Below are positions 10,622-21,008 of a stretch of 53,576 nucleotides of DNA, one piece after another; the first letter of the stretch is position 1, and every line of letters starts with the position of its first letter. The notes beneath the pieces are model-generated. The model was not told the DNA's origin and searched no databases. It saw only the letters and a program-made list of their open reading frames with translations. Origin of the DNA: Actinomycetes bacterium (GTDB lineage: Bacteria > Actinomycetota > Acidimicrobiia > Acidimicrobiales > Acidimicrobiaceae); NCBI GenBank assembly GCA_021784785.1, contig JAJYHJ010000033.1, forward strand, positions 1 to 53,576, read 5' to 3'. The position numbers were made by a program, and so were the translations under genes.

Positions 10622-10672
10622 GCTCTCACCTTTCCTCACCGTCTTTTTGTTAACACCAGTCAACCTATCATG

Positions 10673-10697
10673 AATTCCTACTATTTAACTCAAGTTT
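10673..10697 (-). promoter_or_regulatory. Putative Rrf2-family (CymR/IscR-like) operator upstream of cysK
   Basis: Minus strand AAACTTGAGTTAAATAGTAGGAATT matches the IscR type-1 consensus as I recall it (ATASYYGACTRWWWYAGTCRRSTAT) at 18/25 by hand and ends in GGAATT like the CymR box. Confidence 0.5.
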
Positions 10698-11981
10698 ATA
10701 AACAATTGCAATAAGCTGCTCATATCTACTAAAGTTCGGCATGAAAGAAATGAATTTACCTGTTTCTGGAAATTCCCGGCGTCAGACAATAAGAGAGTGC
10801 GGTCCAGCTGCAAGAGTATCCAAAGGATCCTCGGGACTCCTAATCGCTAAAGAGCGAGCTTCTATAGCAAAACTAACGAGGTAATCTCCGCGAAATTGTG
10901 GTTAATAATTGACGTAGACACCGGTTATCAAGGAGGAAACATTTCCACTTGGGAGACCAGTCAGTTCCCTAGGAATCCTATAGCACACCAAAGCCCTCTC
11001 GGAGCTTGGTTCGTCTGACGAAGACCAAAACCCGAAGGCCCAAAGGTCGCAACCAACGAGAAGTGCTCATCTCGTCAAGGTGTTTGTTGGCAAGCTTAGT
11101 TAGATGAAATAGATCAATGACCGAGTGGGCGGTGGTTGGTTATGCTGCCCGAAAGACTTCTTGATAGCAACCAGAGAGATCAAAGGCTTTGCAATTGACG
11201 ATCATAGCGCCACTCCACCTCGGCTTCGAACCTATACCGATCGTCCATCTTATCCAACCGCTCGCTCATTCCATCTGCCTGTCCTGTCACTGAGTTTGGG
11301 CCTTGGAGTTCCAATGCATGAACTGGGCCGGCCCAAACTCAGAGAAGAACAGCACGTGTCATAGAACCACCTAATGCAGCGTCATTCACCCTCTCCCGTC
11401 AAACACACGTCACCCGATTCGTTCGTATGGCCATCGATAAAAGCAACTAATTGAGCTATATCGCCACCAACTTGAATTCAGGCATTCACACTGGATGAAG
11501 TTGCCGTCACCGCAAGCCACCCCGTTATTAGGAATTTTCTGACACACATCTCCGTCTCCCCCGAATACTTAGGCTGGAGAAGCAGGTAGACATTGATCCC
11601 GGATGCTCACACGATCGCCAGCCCTTTCGACAGTCCCTGCACACGCAATACACCAACCCGATCCGACAACAAACACCATGGCAATACAGTCAAGGTAACC
11701 ATATCCGCTCAACTTGAAGGGTTGACATTGGTACCGGCCGAGCAACCTTGGGGTTTCGGCGAGTCTATCTGGAACTACGCGTTGGGCTTCCAACGAGCGA
11801 ATTAATGGTACATCGACAGGCGCCACCCCAGCGGGTAGTTAGGCCCCTACAACGCCAATCGACTTTAACCACCAAACATCAGACGTAGTCCAGATTGCAT
11901 TTCGTCAATTCTTGTGTCGGATCTCCCAGAAGCTGGGCTTCTCGCAGTTTACGATTAAAGTTCCCATCTTCATGAGCAACG

Positions 11982-13460
11982 TCAAAGTACTTCGCGAACT
12001 TGTTCCGCAGTTGGCCGTTTCCGAGGGGATATGAAGGTTAAGACCAAGCTTACAAGGGCGAAGCCGGCAGCAACAACTAGGCCTTGAGAATAGCCATCCA
12101 CCAGGGCCTGCGGATGAGACGCTCCGCTGGTCAAGGCGCTCGTAACCCTTGACGCCGACAACGTCGCCACAACGGCAAGTCCCAATGCACCCCCAACTTG
12201 ATAGAATGCATTGATAACACCCGATGCTGATCCGGCGTGATGGTGTTCGATATCCATCAAGGCCACAATTTGCGCCGCTACTCCAGTCCCAATGATCCCT
12301 ACTCCAAAAAGAACGAGACCCGGGAGAATTGTCGAGACGTAGCCACCGTTGGCACCTGCTTGCGACAGTAGTCCGAGTCCCACGACACTCGCTACGACGC
12401 CACCGAATTGGACAGGGCGTGTTCCAATTCGTGTCACCAACTGAGAAGCAAGTACCGCCATCACGACGGCGGCAACTCCCATAGGTAGAAACTGAATTCC
12501 AGCTTTGAGGGCCGAGTCGCCACGAACCTCCTGTAAGAATATTGCAGTTAAAAAGAACATAGCTAGAAACGCGGCGCCATTGAGGCCCAAGACTGAAATT
12601 GCGGTAGTAAAGCCCCGAGAACGAAAAAGGCCAAGTGGCACTAACGGCGCTGCGGAGCGAGCCTCGACAACTACAAACAGGCTTAACGCTAGGATGCCTA
12701 CAACAAGCATGAAAATGACTTCAGCCGAGCCCCAACCGAGGGGTTGCGCACGTACGATTCCGTAGACCACCGCAAGCAAACCACCGGTACCAAGTATCGC
12801 TCCCAATACATCAAACCTTCCCCTCCCACCTTCAACACCACTTATCCGACTTTCGTGGATGAAGATTGGCGTCAATAGCAATGTTAGGGCAATGATGGGA
12901 ACGTTTACAAAGAAGACCCATCTCCAACTCAAATAGTTCACTAACAATCCGCCAGCAACCACACCTAATGTCCCGCCCAGCCCCGCCAGGCCGCCCCAAA
13001 TTCCCATAGCAATGTTACGGTCCCGTCCATGCGGGAAGGTTACGGTAACTATCGATAAAGCAGCTGGCGTCAAGAAAGCCGCGCCAAGACCCTGAAGTAC
13101 TCGCATAGCAATCAAGGTATCAGCGGTAGACGCCAGGCCGCCCCCGAGGGAAGCAGCCCCAAAGAGTAAAATACCTATCGTAAATAGTCTCCGACGGCCA
13201 AACAGGTCTGCAACCCGCCCTCCTAATAACAAGAAACCTCCAAACATTAACGTATAGGCACTTATGACCCATTGGAGATTGGACTCAGCAAACTTCAAAC
13301 CAACAGCGATATGAGGTAATGCCACGTTGACGATCGTTATATCAAGGAGAACCGCAAATTCAGCAATAGCCAAAACTAATAACACCATCCAAGAATTTCC
13401 TCTAAACTGACCCGTCTTCTTAGGCGACTCGTTCCTTTTTACCTGCTTGATCCGTTTCAT
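11982..13460 (-). CDS. DHA2 (EmrB/QacA) family MFS efflux transporter
   Basis: LDITIVNVALP, GGRVADLFGRRRLF motif A, WRWVFFVNVP, about 14 TM. Confidence 0.94.
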   Translation of the reverse strand: MKRIKQVKRNESPKKTGQFRGNSWMVLLVLAIAEFAVLLDITIVNVALPHIAVGLKFAESNLQWVISAYTLMFGGFLLLGGRVADLFGRRRLFTIGILLFGAASLGGGLASTADTLIAMRVLQGLGAAFLTPAALSIVTVTFPHGRDRNIAMGIWGGLAGLGGTLGVVAGGLLVNYLSWRWVFFVNVPIIALTLLLTPIFIHESRISGVEGGRGRFDVLGAILGTGGLLAVVYGIVRAQPLGWGSAEVIFMLVVGILALSLFVVVEARSAAPLVPLGLFRSRGFTTAISVLGLNGAAFLAMFFLTAIFLQEVRGDSALKAGIQFLPMGVAAVVMAVLASQLVTRIGTRPVQFGGVVASVVGLGLLSQAGANGGYVSTILPGLVLFGVGIIGTGVAAQIVALMDIEHHHAGSASGVINAFYQVGGALGLAVVATLSASRVTSALTSGASHPQALVDGYSQGLVVAAGFALVSLVLTFISPRKRPTAEQVREVL

Positions 13461-13488
13461 CGACGCTCTCCTAACTCATCTTTGACGT

Positions 13489-13539
13489 TGTAGATCTACA
13501 CTGTAGATATACAATACACATCTACAGTGTAGATCTACA
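13489..13539. promoter_or_regulatory. TetR operator: perfect 20-bp inverted repeat
   Basis: TGTAGATCTACACTGTAGAT (13489-13508), 11-bp spacer, ATCTACAGTGTAGATCTACA (13520-13539), between the divergent MFS and TetR genes. Confidence 0.85.
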
Positions 13540-13575
13540 GTGCACACTTTCTGTCGACTAAGTAGACTTTCGTAG

Positions 13576-14286
13576 GTGACATCTTCGAACAGCGAAGCCG
13601 GCAGCCGAATACATCTAAACCGGGACGTCATCGTTCGCTGCGCCATTGCCATCGCCGACGCTGAGGGAATCGACGCTATAACGATTCGACGACTCGCTCA
13701 AGAACTCAACGTCACAGCAATGGCTCCTTATAGACATTTTCGCGACAAAGAAGACTTACTCAACGGTATTGCAGAACAGTTATTGGCTGAGATAGACCTT
13801 CCCAAGACTATTTCGCGCACTTGGGATCAAGAACTTGCTCAAGTACTTAGTCAGTTAGTAGCCGCACTACGACTTCACCCAAACGTAGCTGAATTAGTTC
13901 TCACGCGTGTTTTACTCTCTACACCGGGTCTCTCCCTAGCCGAACATGTATTTAAACTGTTGACAGACGCAGGTTTTCAGTCAGAACAAGTTGGACAAAT
14001 TGGAAGTTACGCTCTTAGTTCTCTTGTTGCCCTTGTTACCACTCAACCAGGCGCAGTGACAAACCCGGACCCTGAGTTCCGAGATGCTCTCCTACGCAAA
14101 AAGAGGATCTCGCTTGCATCCCTTTCGCCTCGGCACTATCCGCATATAGTTGCTGCCGCCGATACACTTGTGTCGTGTACCGACGACGACTCCTACTACG
14201 CCTTAGGCGTCAAATTAGTAATTGAAGGGATAAAGGGGATAAGGAGCGATCTCTCCACCCAAACTGCCTCGATTTGTGACGGATAA
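13576..14286 (+). CDS. TetR-family regulator with TetR_C-type ligand domain
   Basis: 'EGIDAITIRRLAQELNVTAMAPYRHFRDKEDLL' HTH; divergent from the MFS gene. Confidence 0.92.
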   Translation: MTSSNSEAGSRIHLNRDVIVRCAIAIADAEGIDAITIRRLAQELNVTAMAPYRHFRDKEDLLNGIAEQLLAEIDLPKTISRTWDQELAQVLSQLVAALRLHPNVAELVLTRVLLSTPGLSLAEHVFKLLTDAGFQSEQVGQIGSYALSSLVALVTTQPGAVTNPDPEFRDALLRKKRISLASLSPRHYPHIVAAADTLVSCTDDDSYYALGVKLVIEGIKGIRSDLSTQTASICDG

Positions 14287-14656
14287 ATTACTTCTCACGC
14301 TGGAATGTAATATGGCACGAACGCCTCGCAACATCCAAACTTAGAGGTCCCTCCATCAGAACTTTTACTCCCCGCCCAGCTAAAGTGAATCTAGATGACC
14401 TTCAATCTTGAAGTAATAACTTCACGTTCCACCTTATCGCCCAGAAGATCAAACCAAGGAACGTAGAAGTAGTGCTACGGTTAAGGACAAGTGCTTCTAT
14501 GTCGATAGCACGAATCACGTCGATGCTAACTTCACTTCCGATCGGAGCCACGGCGCTACATATGCAGTAAAGGCAAAGCTTCTTGCCTCGTCGAAGAAAC
14601 CTCCCTCTTGGATCTTGCGAGAGATGCAAGTCAGGACAGGACCAAAAAATCCTGAG

Positions 14657-14746
14657 CTACTGGGTCGTTACGTTCTTTCCGTCCTCAATGTCCATGCTGA
14701 TGAAAGTGAACTTGGAGTACGTTCCGCCATAGGAAACTGTCGCCAC
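14657..14746 (-). CDS. Possible 29-aa small ORF
   Basis: GAGGAGG SD 5 nt before GTG; MATVSYGGTYSKFTFISMDIEDGKNVTTQ. Confidence 0.3.
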   Translation of the reverse strand: MATVSYGGTYSKFTFISMDIEDGKNVTTQ

Positions 14747-14869
14747 ACGTTCCTCCTCTTGCGATTCGCTTGACCAACACGTCGATCCTTAAAGAACCAA
14801 TCCACGCTCACAGAATCGATACATTCTCCATAAGTTCACGCATTCGTGTGTGCGGTCCTATTAGGTCGA

Positions 14870-16267
14870 TTAGGGAAGGTCTATGGACCTTGCATGATCT
14901 ATTTGCGCGATTGGCGAGGGCCGCCCAAGATAGTAACCCTGGCCATAACCTACCTGAAGACTGGCTAATACTTCCAAAGCTTCGACATTCTCAATGCCTT
15001 CTGCAATAACTTGGGCGCCTGATTCCGCGGCGAAGTGCACAAGAGCAGTTGCTAACGAGCGGCGAATCGGATCTGCCTCGATCCCGCGTGTGAGCTCACG
15101 ATCAAGTTTGATATAGTCAGGAGCGAGGCGCAAAATATGTGCGAGTCCAGAGATGCCAGTGCCTGCGTCGTCAACCGCCAGCTTGATTCCATTACAGCGA
15201 TACTCAACCAGGTTTCGGCAAAGTACTTCGTAATTATCTATCCTTGCATGCTCGGTCAGCTCAAGAACCACAGTATCTGGTTCAACGCCTCCGAGCATTT
15301 CCTTCAAATAGGCGGTGGATAAAGTAGCAGGACCCACGTTGATAGCCACGTGAATACCCGTGGGAACTTTCTCACGTAGCGCTAGTGCTTTAAGTACTGC
15401 GGCCAACTCCAGTTCGACACCCAAGCCCACTCGGTGCGCTTCGCTAAACCATAGATCCGGCGGGCGCACTGGACTCAGCTGGAATCGGGCCAAAGCTTCA
15501 ACTCCCCATAGCCTCCCATCGCTCAGACTATAGATAGGTTGAGCATACATAGTGATCGCATCTGGAGCTAACGCGCTCAAAATCGCTTGACGAGTCTCGA
15601 TCTCATCGATAAGGCCAGGACTCATAACATTTGCTGCGAACCGGTTCACGGCGTCTGCTTGAGCGGCGCTCAGCGTCGTTCGAACCGCCCGGTCCTCGTC
15701 ATCATCGATGTCAGACTCTTGTCGCGCGGTTAGTTGTGACAAAACAGACGCCAACTCTGACGCGGTAGCTACGGCTGTTGTAATGAAGGGTGCCAGGGCC
15801 TTTAGAACAACCACATCGTTATCATCAAACGCGTGGCGTGTTCTCGAGGTTATCTTCAGCACGCCAACTCTCTTTGTTGGTCCACACAACGGAACGCACA
15901 ACATCGATACCGCTCCAACGATCCTACATGCCGGACGATCTACCCTTGGATCAGTCTCACTGTCGTCACATCGCAGTACCTCGCCTGACCGGACCGACAG
16001 ACCAGAGAAACTCCCAAGTATCTGGAGGCGAAAGCCCACATGAGGAGCGAGGGTTCCACCACAGGACGCATAGACCAGTTCGTCTTCGTCTACCAGTTCC
16101 ACAGATGCGCCTTCGGCGGAGGAAACTAGGACCAGTGCCTGTGCGACAATACGGTTGAGAAGAAGTAGCGGATCGTTCGTCTGAATAGCGGCTGAGTCGA
16201 CACCTATCCAGTTCTGATCAACTCGAGATGTCGTCGATTGAACTTTGGTCTCGGTGTCTTTCTTCAC
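14870..16267 (-). CDS. GAF-EAL c-di-GMP phosphodiesterase
   Basis: GAF domain (CDDSETDPRVD, SMLCVPL) plus intact EAL motifs VEALARF, ELTE, DDAGTG, IKLD, EGIE, QGY. Confidence 0.92.
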   Translation of the reverse strand: MKKDTETKVQSTTSRVDQNWIGVDSAAIQTNDPLLLLNRIVAQALVLVSSAEGASVELVDEDELVYASCGGTLAPHVGFRLQILGSFSGLSVRSGEVLRCDDSETDPRVDRPACRIVGAVSMLCVPLCGPTKRVGVLKITSRTRHAFDDNDVVVLKALAPFITTAVATASELASVLSQLTARQESDIDDDEDRAVRTTLSAAQADAVNRFAANVMSPGLIDEIETRQAILSALAPDAITMYAQPIYSLSDGRLWGVEALARFQLSPVRPPDLWFSEAHRVGLGVELELAAVLKALALREKVPTGIHVAINVGPATLSTAYLKEMLGGVEPDTVVLELTEHARIDNYEVLCRNLVEYRCNGIKLAVDDAGTGISGLAHILRLAPDYIKLDRELTRGIEADPIRRSLATALVHFAAESGAQVIAEGIENVEALEVLASLQVGYGQGYYLGRPSPIAQIDHARSIDLP

Positions 16268-16779
16268 TAATTTACACTACCTTAAGTCGACACTTGGCGA
16301 CTAGCCATTCCAATAGGCAAGTAATCGACATATCTCACGGAATTCTTAAGTGCTGATAAATACGTCGCCATTAAGGAGCAACTCATAGAATCTCTAACGT
16401 GACCTCTTGAAACGCGGTCTCCTTGAGCTAAGTCTTATACGTTGATGGGCTTAATAAACGGACCTCAATCCAATACATGGCAATACTAATGCAGTTTTCA
16501 CAAAGAAACCTTTCCCAAAAATAGAAACCCGTCACGTAACTCCCAGAGTGGAGATCTCACTAGATTTTGCCAAGGCGACGAATGTCGGTCTGGCTGGCTG
16601 GCGGATCTTCTGAACAACTTTCTTAAGCGTTCTGTCATATAAAGTCAGGGCACAGAGCCTTTCCCACCGTACAAAGTCGGCTTAGGATTACTCCAAATTC
16701 AAATAGCTGTCAAGCCTTAGAATCGCTAGGCAATTTGGTTCTGCCATACTTGGAACAAGGTCACACTTCGTGGTGAAAA

Positions 16780-17559
16780 TCAACGCGCCTCAACCTCAGT
16801 ACTATGGATCTTTTCAACAAGTTCTTTCCAAGGGGCAGATGAGGTGGTCAAGAAGTGTTCTTGTGCTACATGAGCTGCACCTTCTATGTCTTTGTTGGCA
16901 ATAGCAAAGACAAGTGCTTCGTGATCAGACAAAGCATGCTCACGAAGCGAGGTTGAAAATGGATCTTGCATAAACCCCAAGTTGGTTGCTGCAATTAACG
17001 TTCTAGACAGTCTCCTAAGGTAAGAGTTACGAGTAGCTCTAGCGATACAGTCATGAAGTTCATGGTCCGCAGCTCGAGACTCCTGCGCGCTTTTTGCCTC
17101 TCGATAACTTCCTAGAGCTCGCTTTATCAACTCGATATCTTCATCTTCTCGTCGCTGAGCTGCCGTACGAGCAATCTGCTGCTCAATCAGGTTGCGATAG
17201 TCCAACAGCTCATTAAACGACTCGCCTAGAGGGTCAAGAGTTCGAAGCGCGGACTGGAATACCGATGAGTTCTTAGCAATCGGACAGACAACGGTCCCGC
17301 CTTGTCTTCCACGTTTTATTGAGACGATATCTTTCGTAAGAAGCTGTTCAAGTGCCAGGCGCAAAGTCTGCCTACTTACACCCAATACGCCTGCCAACTC
17401 GCGCTCCGGAGGAAGTCGATCCCCAGGTGCATAGATGCCAACCGCGATAGCAGTTAGTAGTCGATCAGCCACCTGCTGGGGTGCTCTATGAAGTCTCAGT
17501 GTTCCAATGATCTCGTCATCAAGGCCACTTAGAAACTGACGTGTTATTTCGCTTTCCAC
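16780..17559 (-). CDS. GntR/FadR-family regulator
   Basis: 'PGDRLPPERELAGVLGVSRQTLRLAL' wHTH; FCD domain with D..H and H. Confidence 0.92.
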   Translation of the reverse strand: MESEITRQFLSGLDDEIIGTLRLHRAPQQVADRLLTAIAVGIYAPGDRLPPERELAGVLGVSRQTLRLALEQLLTKDIVSIKRGRQGGTVVCPIAKNSSVFQSALRTLDPLGESFNELLDYRNLIEQQIARTAAQRREDEDIELIKRALGSYREAKSAQESRAADHELHDCIARATRNSYLRRLSRTLIAATNLGFMQDPFSTSLREHALSDHEALVFAIANKDIEGAAHVAQEHFLTTSSAPWKELVEKIHSTEVEAR

Positions 17560-17664
17560 GTCTAGATCTTATCAACTGTAAACACCATGTTATCTTTTGG
17601 TATAAAGGATCACACAATAGACCTTTTTGTGTTATGTTAACTTATCTACTCAAAAGGGGGACCG

Positions 17665-19047
17665 ATGAAAGAAGTACAAAAGGGTTCGGCAAATCACTTA
17701 GCCAACCACGCTATTCGACCATTTAGCGCGCTAGCCATCGCAGTCGCGGCAATATCACCAACCACGTCTGTATTTCTTGTCTACGGCGCAGGGTTAGCCG
17801 CAGCTGGAACGGGAGTAGTGTGGGCCTTTATTATTGGCGGCATTATCGCAGCTGGTATGGCACTTTCATACGCAGAGGTTGGGTCGGCGTTTCTATCGGC
17901 CGGGGGCGCTTACACGATCGTACGGAGGGCTCTGGGTCCGATAGCGGGTGGCGTCACTGCTCTTTTGTTCCTAGTGCTTGGAATAGTAGTAACCGCATCA
18001 ATTCTAGTGGCCGCGGCCACGTATCTAAACTCCCTGGTACCAGCGCTCCCTGTCAACTGGACCGCGTTTTTCATGATGGCCATCATTACTGCGCTCTCCA
18101 TAACAAAAATCTCTCCAACTAGCTGGGTGACAACGGCAATGTTAATACTTGAACTCACCGTAATCATTGTGTTTTCCGTTGTTGCTATTTCCCATCCAGC
18201 CGCTCACGGAGCGCCAATTCTGCATCCAGTCATACCCTCCAGCCATGGGGTTTTATCCAAGGTCGGAATAGGCGCTCTACTAGTCGCCGTGGTACCTGCT
18301 CTATTTGCTTACAACGGCTATGACTGGCCACTTTATTTCTCAGAGGAGTCAACCTCGGCACGACGTTCCCTGCCTAGGGCAGTCATTATCGCTGCGGCTA
18401 TCTCAATTGGAATAGAACTCTTTGCCGTTATCGCAGCCACTGTTGCAACCAAAAACCTAGGTGCTGCCACCCAAAGTGCTACGCCTTTATCCCTCATCGC
18501 GCAAAACTTACTTGGGACCGTCGGAGCCGACATCTTACTCATCGGTGTTGTAATAGCGATGTTCGATACAGGTCTCGCTGGGAACTTGGCATACGCTCGC
18601 ATCTACTACGCATGCGCTCGAGATGGTCTTTTACCAAAGCCTCTTACTAGTTTCTTTGGGTATCTAACTCCTAAGTCCAAAGTTCCCGCCATGGGATTCC
18701 TGGTACTTTTTGTTGGAAACGGAGTATTGTCAATATTTACCTCCCTGAACAACCTCATAACCTTTACCGGAGTCGTCATCGTAGTCATCTATCTTCTCGT
18801 TGCCGTCTCCGCTTTGGTATCACGGGTAAGGGATAAGGCAATACCTCGGACGTTCAAGATGCCACTTTGGCCCCTACCACCGGCCGTAGCTATCATTGGG
18901 GTTATTATTGCTCTAAGCCAACAGTCAAAAGGAGACCTGATCACTACTGCAATAATTGTCCTTGCGGGGACGGCCTGGTTCACCTTTCGTAGAAGATCTC
19001 TGCCCCAGAGACTAGATGGCAACTATCAAGGAGAGGCGGAGGTTTAG
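17665..19047 (+). CDS. APC-family amino acid permease
   Basis: About 12 TM, YAEVGSAFLSAGGAY, AYNGYD...SEE, ARIYYACARDG. Confidence 0.9.
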   Translation: MKEVQKGSANHLANHAIRPFSALAIAVAAISPTTSVFLVYGAGLAAAGTGVVWAFIIGGIIAAGMALSYAEVGSAFLSAGGAYTIVRRALGPIAGGVTALLFLVLGIVVTASILVAAATYLNSLVPALPVNWTAFFMMAIITALSITKISPTSWVTTAMLILELTVIIVFSVVAISHPAAHGAPILHPVIPSSHGVLSKVGIGALLVAVVPALFAYNGYDWPLYFSEESTSARRSLPRAVIIAAAISIGIELFAVIAATVATKNLGAATQSATPLSLIAQNLLGTVGADILLIGVVIAMFDTGLAGNLAYARIYYACARDGLLPKPLTSFFGYLTPKSKVPAMGFLVLFVGNGVLSIFTSLNNLITFTGVVIVVIYLLVAVSALVSRVRDKAIPRTFKMPLWPLPPAVAIIGVIIALSQQSKGDLITTAIIVLAGTAWFTFRRRSLPQRLDGNYQGEAEV

Positions 19048-19050
19048 CGC

Positions 19051-20301
19051 ATGAGTGAAGTTAAGTCGGTTGTTGTGGTTGGCTCCGGCATAGTCGGACT
19101 CTCAACGGCGTGGCATCTTCTACGTTCCGGAGTCGCCGTCACCATTATTGAACAAAGCTCAGTTGCTTCAGGTGCTTCATATGGCAATGCTGGCTGGATA
19201 TCTCCAGATCTCGCCACCCCACTTCCGGAGCCAAGTGTCATAAAATTCGGATTGAAGTCTCTTACCGACAGAGATTCGCCACTTTATGTTCCTCCGACAA
19301 CTGACGGCACGATTATGACCTTCGCAGCGAAATTTGCGCGCAACTGTACTAGGGCTAAGTGGAATAAGGCTATGAAAGCGCTCCTACCTCTAAATAATGG
19401 TGCTATCGAAGGCTATGAAGAGATCTCATCTCAGTCCGATCACCAAGACGAACTTAAAGCAAAGGAGGCTCCAATTCTTGCCGCCTTTTACTCCAAGAGC
19501 GACGCACACGCACTACAAGAGGAGTTAGCTGATATCGTTGCCGCAGGTGGGAAAGTCACAAGTCAGGAACTTAGTGGAAGTGAGCTGGCCAATCAGTATC
19601 CGTATTTGAATCCAAGCGTCTCATTCGCAATCTCCTTATTAGGACAGCGCTATATAGATCCCTATAAGTACTCCATATCCTTGGCAGACGAAGTGAGGGC
19701 ACTTGGGTGCGAACTACGATTTGGAGTGAGGGCACTAGGGGTAGAACCAGGACACACAGGTGCTACTACAAGGCTTTCAAACGGCGACACTATCAGATCA
19801 GATGCAGCGGTAATAGCAACAGGTGCGTGGACCTCTACGTTGGCCAAGAGTCTCGGAGTGAAGGTGTCACAAGCTGCCGGACGAGGCTACTCATTTTGGG
19901 CTACGTCTGAGGAGAAGATCGATCATCCGATATATTTTCCTGCGCAAAGAATCGCGTGCACTCCTTTAGACAGCGGGCTTCGAATAGCCGGAACTATGGA
20001 AATTACAGGCACTTTAGAGGCCTATGACCCCAGACGAGTCGACGCCATTATTAGAAGCGCACGAGGACTCCTAATGGGAGTGAATCTAGAAGAAAGAGAG
20101 CATGAGTGGGTTGGTCCCAGACCAATCACCGAAGATGGATTGCCTTTGATAGGACCAACAAAGAGTGAAAACATCTGGGTCGCTGCGGGGCATGGGATGT
20201 GGGGCGTAACTCACGGACCAATCACAGGTCGACTAGTCGCGCAAGCGCTAACCTCTAAAAAAGTACCATCTATCCTCCAACCATTTTCACCCCTGAGGTA
20301 A
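19051..20301 (+). CDS. FAD-dependent D-amino acid dehydrogenase/oxidase (DadA-like)
   Basis: GSGIVG dinucleotide motif, ASYGNAG, WVGPRPITEDGLP, GHGMWG. Confidence 0.88.
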   Translation: MSEVKSVVVVGSGIVGLSTAWHLLRSGVAVTIIEQSSVASGASYGNAGWISPDLATPLPEPSVIKFGLKSLTDRDSPLYVPPTTDGTIMTFAAKFARNCTRAKWNKAMKALLPLNNGAIEGYEEISSQSDHQDELKAKEAPILAAFYSKSDAHALQEELADIVAAGGKVTSQELSGSELANQYPYLNPSVSFAISLLGQRYIDPYKYSISLADEVRALGCELRFGVRALGVEPGHTGATTRLSNGDTIRSDAAVIATGAWTSTLAKSLGVKVSQAAGRGYSFWATSEEKIDHPIYFPAQRIACTPLDSGLRIAGTMEITGTLEAYDPRRVDAIIRSARGLLMGVNLEEREHEWVGPRPITEDGLPLIGPTKSENIWVAAGHGMWGVTHGPITGRLVAQALTSKKVPSILQPFSPLR

Positions 20302-20306
20302 ACACA

Positions 20307-21008
20307 GTGAATGACGAACTCCGACGGTCGGAATCTTCGCCGTCCATAGTCTTGATGGCCGACCCGGTAATTGGATCAATACCAATCTCAGAGTCCGACG
20401 AAGCTTTGATACCACTTGAACCGACCACCAAACTCTCACTTGAATCGACCTTTAAAGAGACAGATCCGCGATACGTCTATCTCCGAAAGTCGGTAGCAGA
20501 GAGCCTCTACAGTGCAGCAGAGAGCCTTCCAGACGATATCGAGATTCGCTTCTATGAGGGATGGCGCTCTAGGGAGATCCAGGCGCGTTACTTTCGAGAG
20601 TTCTTAGACGTACTGAGATCCACTTATCCAGAGGCGTCCCTCCCGCAGTTGCAGAGACTAGCGTCTCGCTACGTCTCTCCACCATGGATCACACCACCAC
20701 ACACAACGGGGGGCGCCGTCGATCTAACGCTAGCATTCATCGATGGCCCAGAACTTGACATGGGAACCAAGATTAATGCAACGCCAGAAGAGAGCGAAAA
20801 CCGATGCTATACCTCCTCTGAAAGTATCTCGGATGAGGCCCGCAAGAACCGACAACTGCTAATTGGAGTTCTTACGAGCCAAGGATTCGCCAACTATCCC
20901 ACTGAGTGGTGGCATTGGTCCAAAGGCGATCGATACTGGGCGTATGTTTACGGACATAAAAAGGCTCTATTTGGAGAGTTGGAACCCAGCACCAAACACT
21001 TTCAGTAG
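20307..21008 (+). CDS. M15D D-Ala-D-Ala dipeptidase (VanX/DdpX-like)
   Basis: EGWRS, PPHTTGGAVD (H..D zinc ligands), EWWH. Confidence 0.88.
   Translation: MNDELRRSESSPSIVLMADPVIGSIPISESDEALIPLEPTTKLSLESTFKETDPRYVYLRKSVAESLYSAAESLPDDIEIRFYEGWRSREIQARYFREFLDVLRSTYPEASLPQLQRLASRYVSPPWITPPHTTGGAVDLTLAFIDGPELDMGTKINATPEESENRCYTSSESISDEARKNRQLLIGVLTSQGFANYPTEWWHWSKGDRYWAYVYGHKKALFGELEPSTKHFQ

Noticed and set aside
11060-11270. Minus-strand '...QEVFRAA*' followed by CCTTGAC, reminiscent of an IS110 3' end
   Set aside because: Similarity is only a few residues and the frames are broken
16270-16780. Possible c-di-GMP riboswitch upstream of the EAL gene
   Set aside because: No GEMM core (GGCAAAC/GACGCAAAG-type) found on either strand
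20307-21008. vanX as glycopeptide resistance
   Set aside because: No vanH, vanA or vanRS; the context is catabolic
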